Position numbers and translations under genes: made by a program. Shown here one piece after another: positions 61,013 through 64,000 of a DNA stretch of 64,000 nucleotides. This DNA comes from Thalia democratica (Eukaryota). Position 1 is the stretch's first letter, and every line of letters starts with the position of its first letter. Below the pieces are notes generated by a model. That model was not told the DNA's origin and made no database searches. It worked only from the letters and a program-made list of their open reading frames with translations. The stretch covers positions 26,970,001-27,034,000 of the forward strand of contig OZ241833.1 of the NCBI GenBank assembly GCA_965202585.1, read 5' to 3'.

Positions 61013-61244
61013 CGTGTTTTAAACACCACTTAACAATGTTGAGGCATAAATTTGCAAAGCTAAAATAAAATATAATGATTATTGATTTTTAAAGTAAGCT
61101 GTGTTTATGACGTAATATGAAGTACTTGCATTTAAAGTTATCAAATTCTTGCAATCTTTTAATTTGACTATTGTGTAATTTTTATTCTCAAGATAACAAT
61201 CATAGTTCTCAACTTAAATATAAGGAGGATGATCAATTTTAAGT

Positions 61245-61416
61245 TTTATTAACAATACAATGTTTCACTTGATTCAAACTAGTCAAACGAGATCATCAGT
61301 TGAATAAAATATTATTCAAATAGAATAAATAGAAACTCTATTTGAATAAAATTCTATTCAACTGATGATCTCGTTTGACTAGTTTCAAGCGAGTGAAACA
61401 TTGTACTGTTAATAAA
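61245..61416. repeat. ~170-bp hairpin (about 80-bp stem, 12-nt loop) upstream of GT31-B
   Basis: aaactagtcaaacgagatcatcagttgaata pairs with tattcaactgatgatctcgtttgactagttt. Confidence 0.92.
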
Positions 61417-62399
61417 TTTTAGAATTTTTAATTGAATTTAACTATTGATTTAAAAACAAACTTCACAGAGTAATCTATCCAAGAGTGAGATTGAAAATTA
61501 AGATTTTATTATTTTAAGAAACACAATTACACTATTTCACTGCAAAGCGGGTTTTCAAATTGTAAATATTATCTAAATAGATTTAGTTTAAAAAGTTTGT
61601 CTACTCACAAAATGTTTTCATACTTTAGAAGTTTTTTTTTTTTTCTTAAAACTTTTTCCTAACTTCTATAATAACTTTTAATCAAATAACCTAACAGTAA
61701 GTACTTAATTAAACCTTAGTAGGAGTGAAAAAAAAAGGCTGTTCATTTTAAGTAATGTAGTGCATCAATTTTTGTTTGATTATTTATGTAAGAAGTACAA
61801 AACACTATAAACCGGTACTTGTCTTAAACTTTTCAAATTAATTTATTTTTTATACATTTAAACTTGAGGTTCTAAATTGAACAAAAATTGTTCTCAACTT
61901 ATTTGAAAATAAGGAGACAAATATACAACATTAATTAATCAAAATTTTATTTGCAAAACTCAGTTTCACCCTTTAAGGGATCTTCAGTTACAATTTAAAT
62001 CTGAAAAATAAAAGTAAAACAAAACATGGAAGATACTAAAAAAGAAAACAAAACAAGTAAATCAGAATTTGTAACTTATGATGTTTAAAAAGTTTCGAGT
62101 CTTTTACATTAAAATCGTATGTACTAGAATTAGTTAATAAATTGAAAACTTTAATTTAGGTATTGAACATAAAACTACTAAATTTAAAAAATACAATCAG
62201 CTTAAAGTAAATAAATAAACTAAATGACTTACATATTACCATGAATAAAGGGATTTGAATTGAATATATAAGTTGATAAACTACTAGTTAGCTGTAGCTA
62301 AATTATACTAACTTAAAATTGCATTGAAATTTTTCTTAGAATAACATCGCTTCTATTATTATGACGTAACTAATGCATACTTTGAACTTATACTATATT

Positions 62400-62559
62400 T
62401 GAAACTTGTACTAGACATTCTGAAGTTCATGATGAAGAGCAGAACAAAAAGTCTTAAGCGTTTTGAATGGTAGTTTTTCTAGAAATCTTGTTGGAGAGGG
62501 TCATACCTTTTTTAATTTCTTTAAGAAGGCCTTTTGAAGAAAAAATTTGGGAAACCCTG
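62400..62559. mobile_element. 3' half of a CAGGGTTTCCCAAA-family hAT MITE
   Basis: Body matches 26980-27126; perfect right TIR TTTGGGAAACCCTG. Confidence 0.7.
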
Positions 62560-63041
62560 GCATATATAAATAATTTGTTCAATAAACTTAGTTTTAGAGT
62601 AAAACTTTCTTGGAAAACAAACTAAATAAAAATTCTTAAATTTAGTGTGCACTTAATACTTTTTTGGTTGTTAATCATAATGAGCTTTCTATACGCTTAG
62701 ATTACATTTTTTTTTATATTTATAATTTTTTGTAAAAATTTAAGATAAAAACTTTAGTTTGATTAATTAGTTGATTTTTATTTGCTTGATTTTTGAAACA
62801 AAAAGTAATATAACTTACTTAACCAGTAACTAGTTAATTTTATCTGTACACCGTTCTTAGAATATTGATATCTAAAACCCTAATTATGTAACTTTCAAAA
62901 AATTTTCTTTGAAAACGACAAAAAAAAATTAACGCTAATCTTTTTAAAATTCATATGTTTGGCGAAGCTTCCAATTGGGCATATAAGTGTATTGCATTGT
63001 TAAACAATTTTATGTTTCTTTCCTATTTTACTAGTATTAAA

Positions 63042-63380
63042 TAGTGCTTCCTCGATAACCCGGCCATGTTGGGCTAGGTTTTATTTGCAGTTATGGCCGG
63101 ATTAGTCTTTAGCCGGATAAGAAAAAAAGCACCGTTTTTTATTTATAAAATATACCTCTTTCTTATTATACAATGCTTAAAAAATGAACGCTTAATTTTC
63201 TGTTGATTTTATTTGTACTCACTTTTTTAGCGAACTAAGCAATTAAAAAAGTGAAAATAAAAAACACCGTAAACAACTAAATTTATGCTGTTTTAAAGTT
63301 TTCAACTAATTACAGGTTTTGGTTAATTTTATTTAAATTAACTAAACGACGCAAACTGGCCGATTCAGCGAGGACGCATA
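63042..63380. mobile_element. Decayed pogo-like MITE
   Basis: Imperfect TIRs TAGTGCTTCCTCGATAACCCGGCCA / TGGCCGATTCAGCGAGGACGCATA. Confidence 0.4.
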
Positions 63381-63480
63381 GTAGTCAGTATAGTTTTGCT
63401 GTCAACAGAAATTTTAAGAGTATACTGTAAGTTAGTGTGTTATTGTTGTTTTATGAGAACGCATATATCAATAACGAGGA

Positions 63481-63895
63481 ACGGGTCAAATATGCACGAA
63501 GGGTCACTTTTGTACGAGGTGTCACTTTTGCACGTAGGGTCAGTTTTTTACAAAAACGAAAAAAAATAAATAAATAGTTTCCGATCAAGGGTAAGGTTTA
63601 GGGGTAACAGTGATGGTAATAAAAATAAATAAAATTACCGACCAAGGGTAATGGGTAGCAGTAAACAAAATAAAAAAAAACAAATCAAAAAACCGACAAA
63701 GGAAAAGGGGTAAGTGATAGCACGAAAAAATAATAAAACGAAGATTTAAAAATAAGTTACCGGTCGAGGGTAAGGGGTAACAGTGATAGTTGAAAAAAGT
63801 TTCTTTGTGTAAAAGTGACCCTTCGTGCAAAAGTGGGTCCTTATGCAAAAGTTACCCCTCGTGCAAAAATGTCCCTTCGTGCACTTTTGACACCT
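63481..63895. mobile_element. Non-autonomous TIR element with 18-bp subterminal tandem repeats
   Basis: GCACGAAGGGTCACTTTT-like unit x3 at left and inverted x4 at right; the core has GGGTAA-rich tracts. Confidence 0.8.
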
Positions 63896-64000
63896 ACCCC
63901 GATAGTGTATTATAACGGTTGATTGTAACTGAGGGTATTTTAGATGTCAAAAACCAGTTATATTGAATGAAGCTAGTGCACTCATCTAATCTGTAAACAA

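Noticed and set aside
61311-61350. Bona fide SL RNA gene
   Set aside because: The SL-like 16-mers end in T/A rather than G and are not followed by a GT donor or Sm site; kept only as an SL-like relic in findings.
1-64000. tRNA, rRNA, snRNA genes and autonomous transposase or reverse-transcriptase ORFs; remaining 60-120 aa AT-rich ORFs in the track
   Set aside because: No cloverleaf, rRNA or snRNA signature seen by eye (tRNAscan/Infernal would be decisive). The short ORFs are F/L/I/K-rich random frames or MITE translations.

Overview
Eukaryotic (animal) genomic DNA with extremely AT-rich introns and intergenic DNA and sharply GC-richer exons. It is not prokaryotic: no CRISPR, rRNA or tRNA was found. 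The taxon cannot be fixed from the sequence; a tunicate is my low-confidence guess. Spliced genes reconstructed by hand, with phase-consistent GT-AG junctions: VPS53 (+, 5' end outside the window); a divergent signal peptide-PA-TM-RING-H2 E3 ligase (+); an intronless 165-aa protein consisting of an HMGN-like RRSARI motif, a QPAPE linker and a lone KDM2-type CXXC zinc finger (+); a 521-aa orphan type II membrane protein with 13 DEDD-aromatic repeats (+); MAD2L1 (-); and a tail-to-tail pair of GT31 beta-1,3-glycosyltransferase paralogues. Several weaker AT-rich cryptic gene candidates lie at 15.3, 19.5-21.0, 24.9 and 26.4-27.4 kb. The rest is dense with non-autonomous DNA transposons (hAT/Charlie-like with 8-bp TSDs, pogo/Tigger-like with TA TSDs, Kolobok-like with TTAA ends, CAGGG elements with 6-7-bp TSDs), long fold-back inverted repeats and local duplications. 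Best leads: the solo CXXC/nucleosome-anchor protein alongside CpG-rich exon islands with weak splice signals, the acidic repeat protein, and a hairpin containing a near-exact ascidian spliced-leader sequence.
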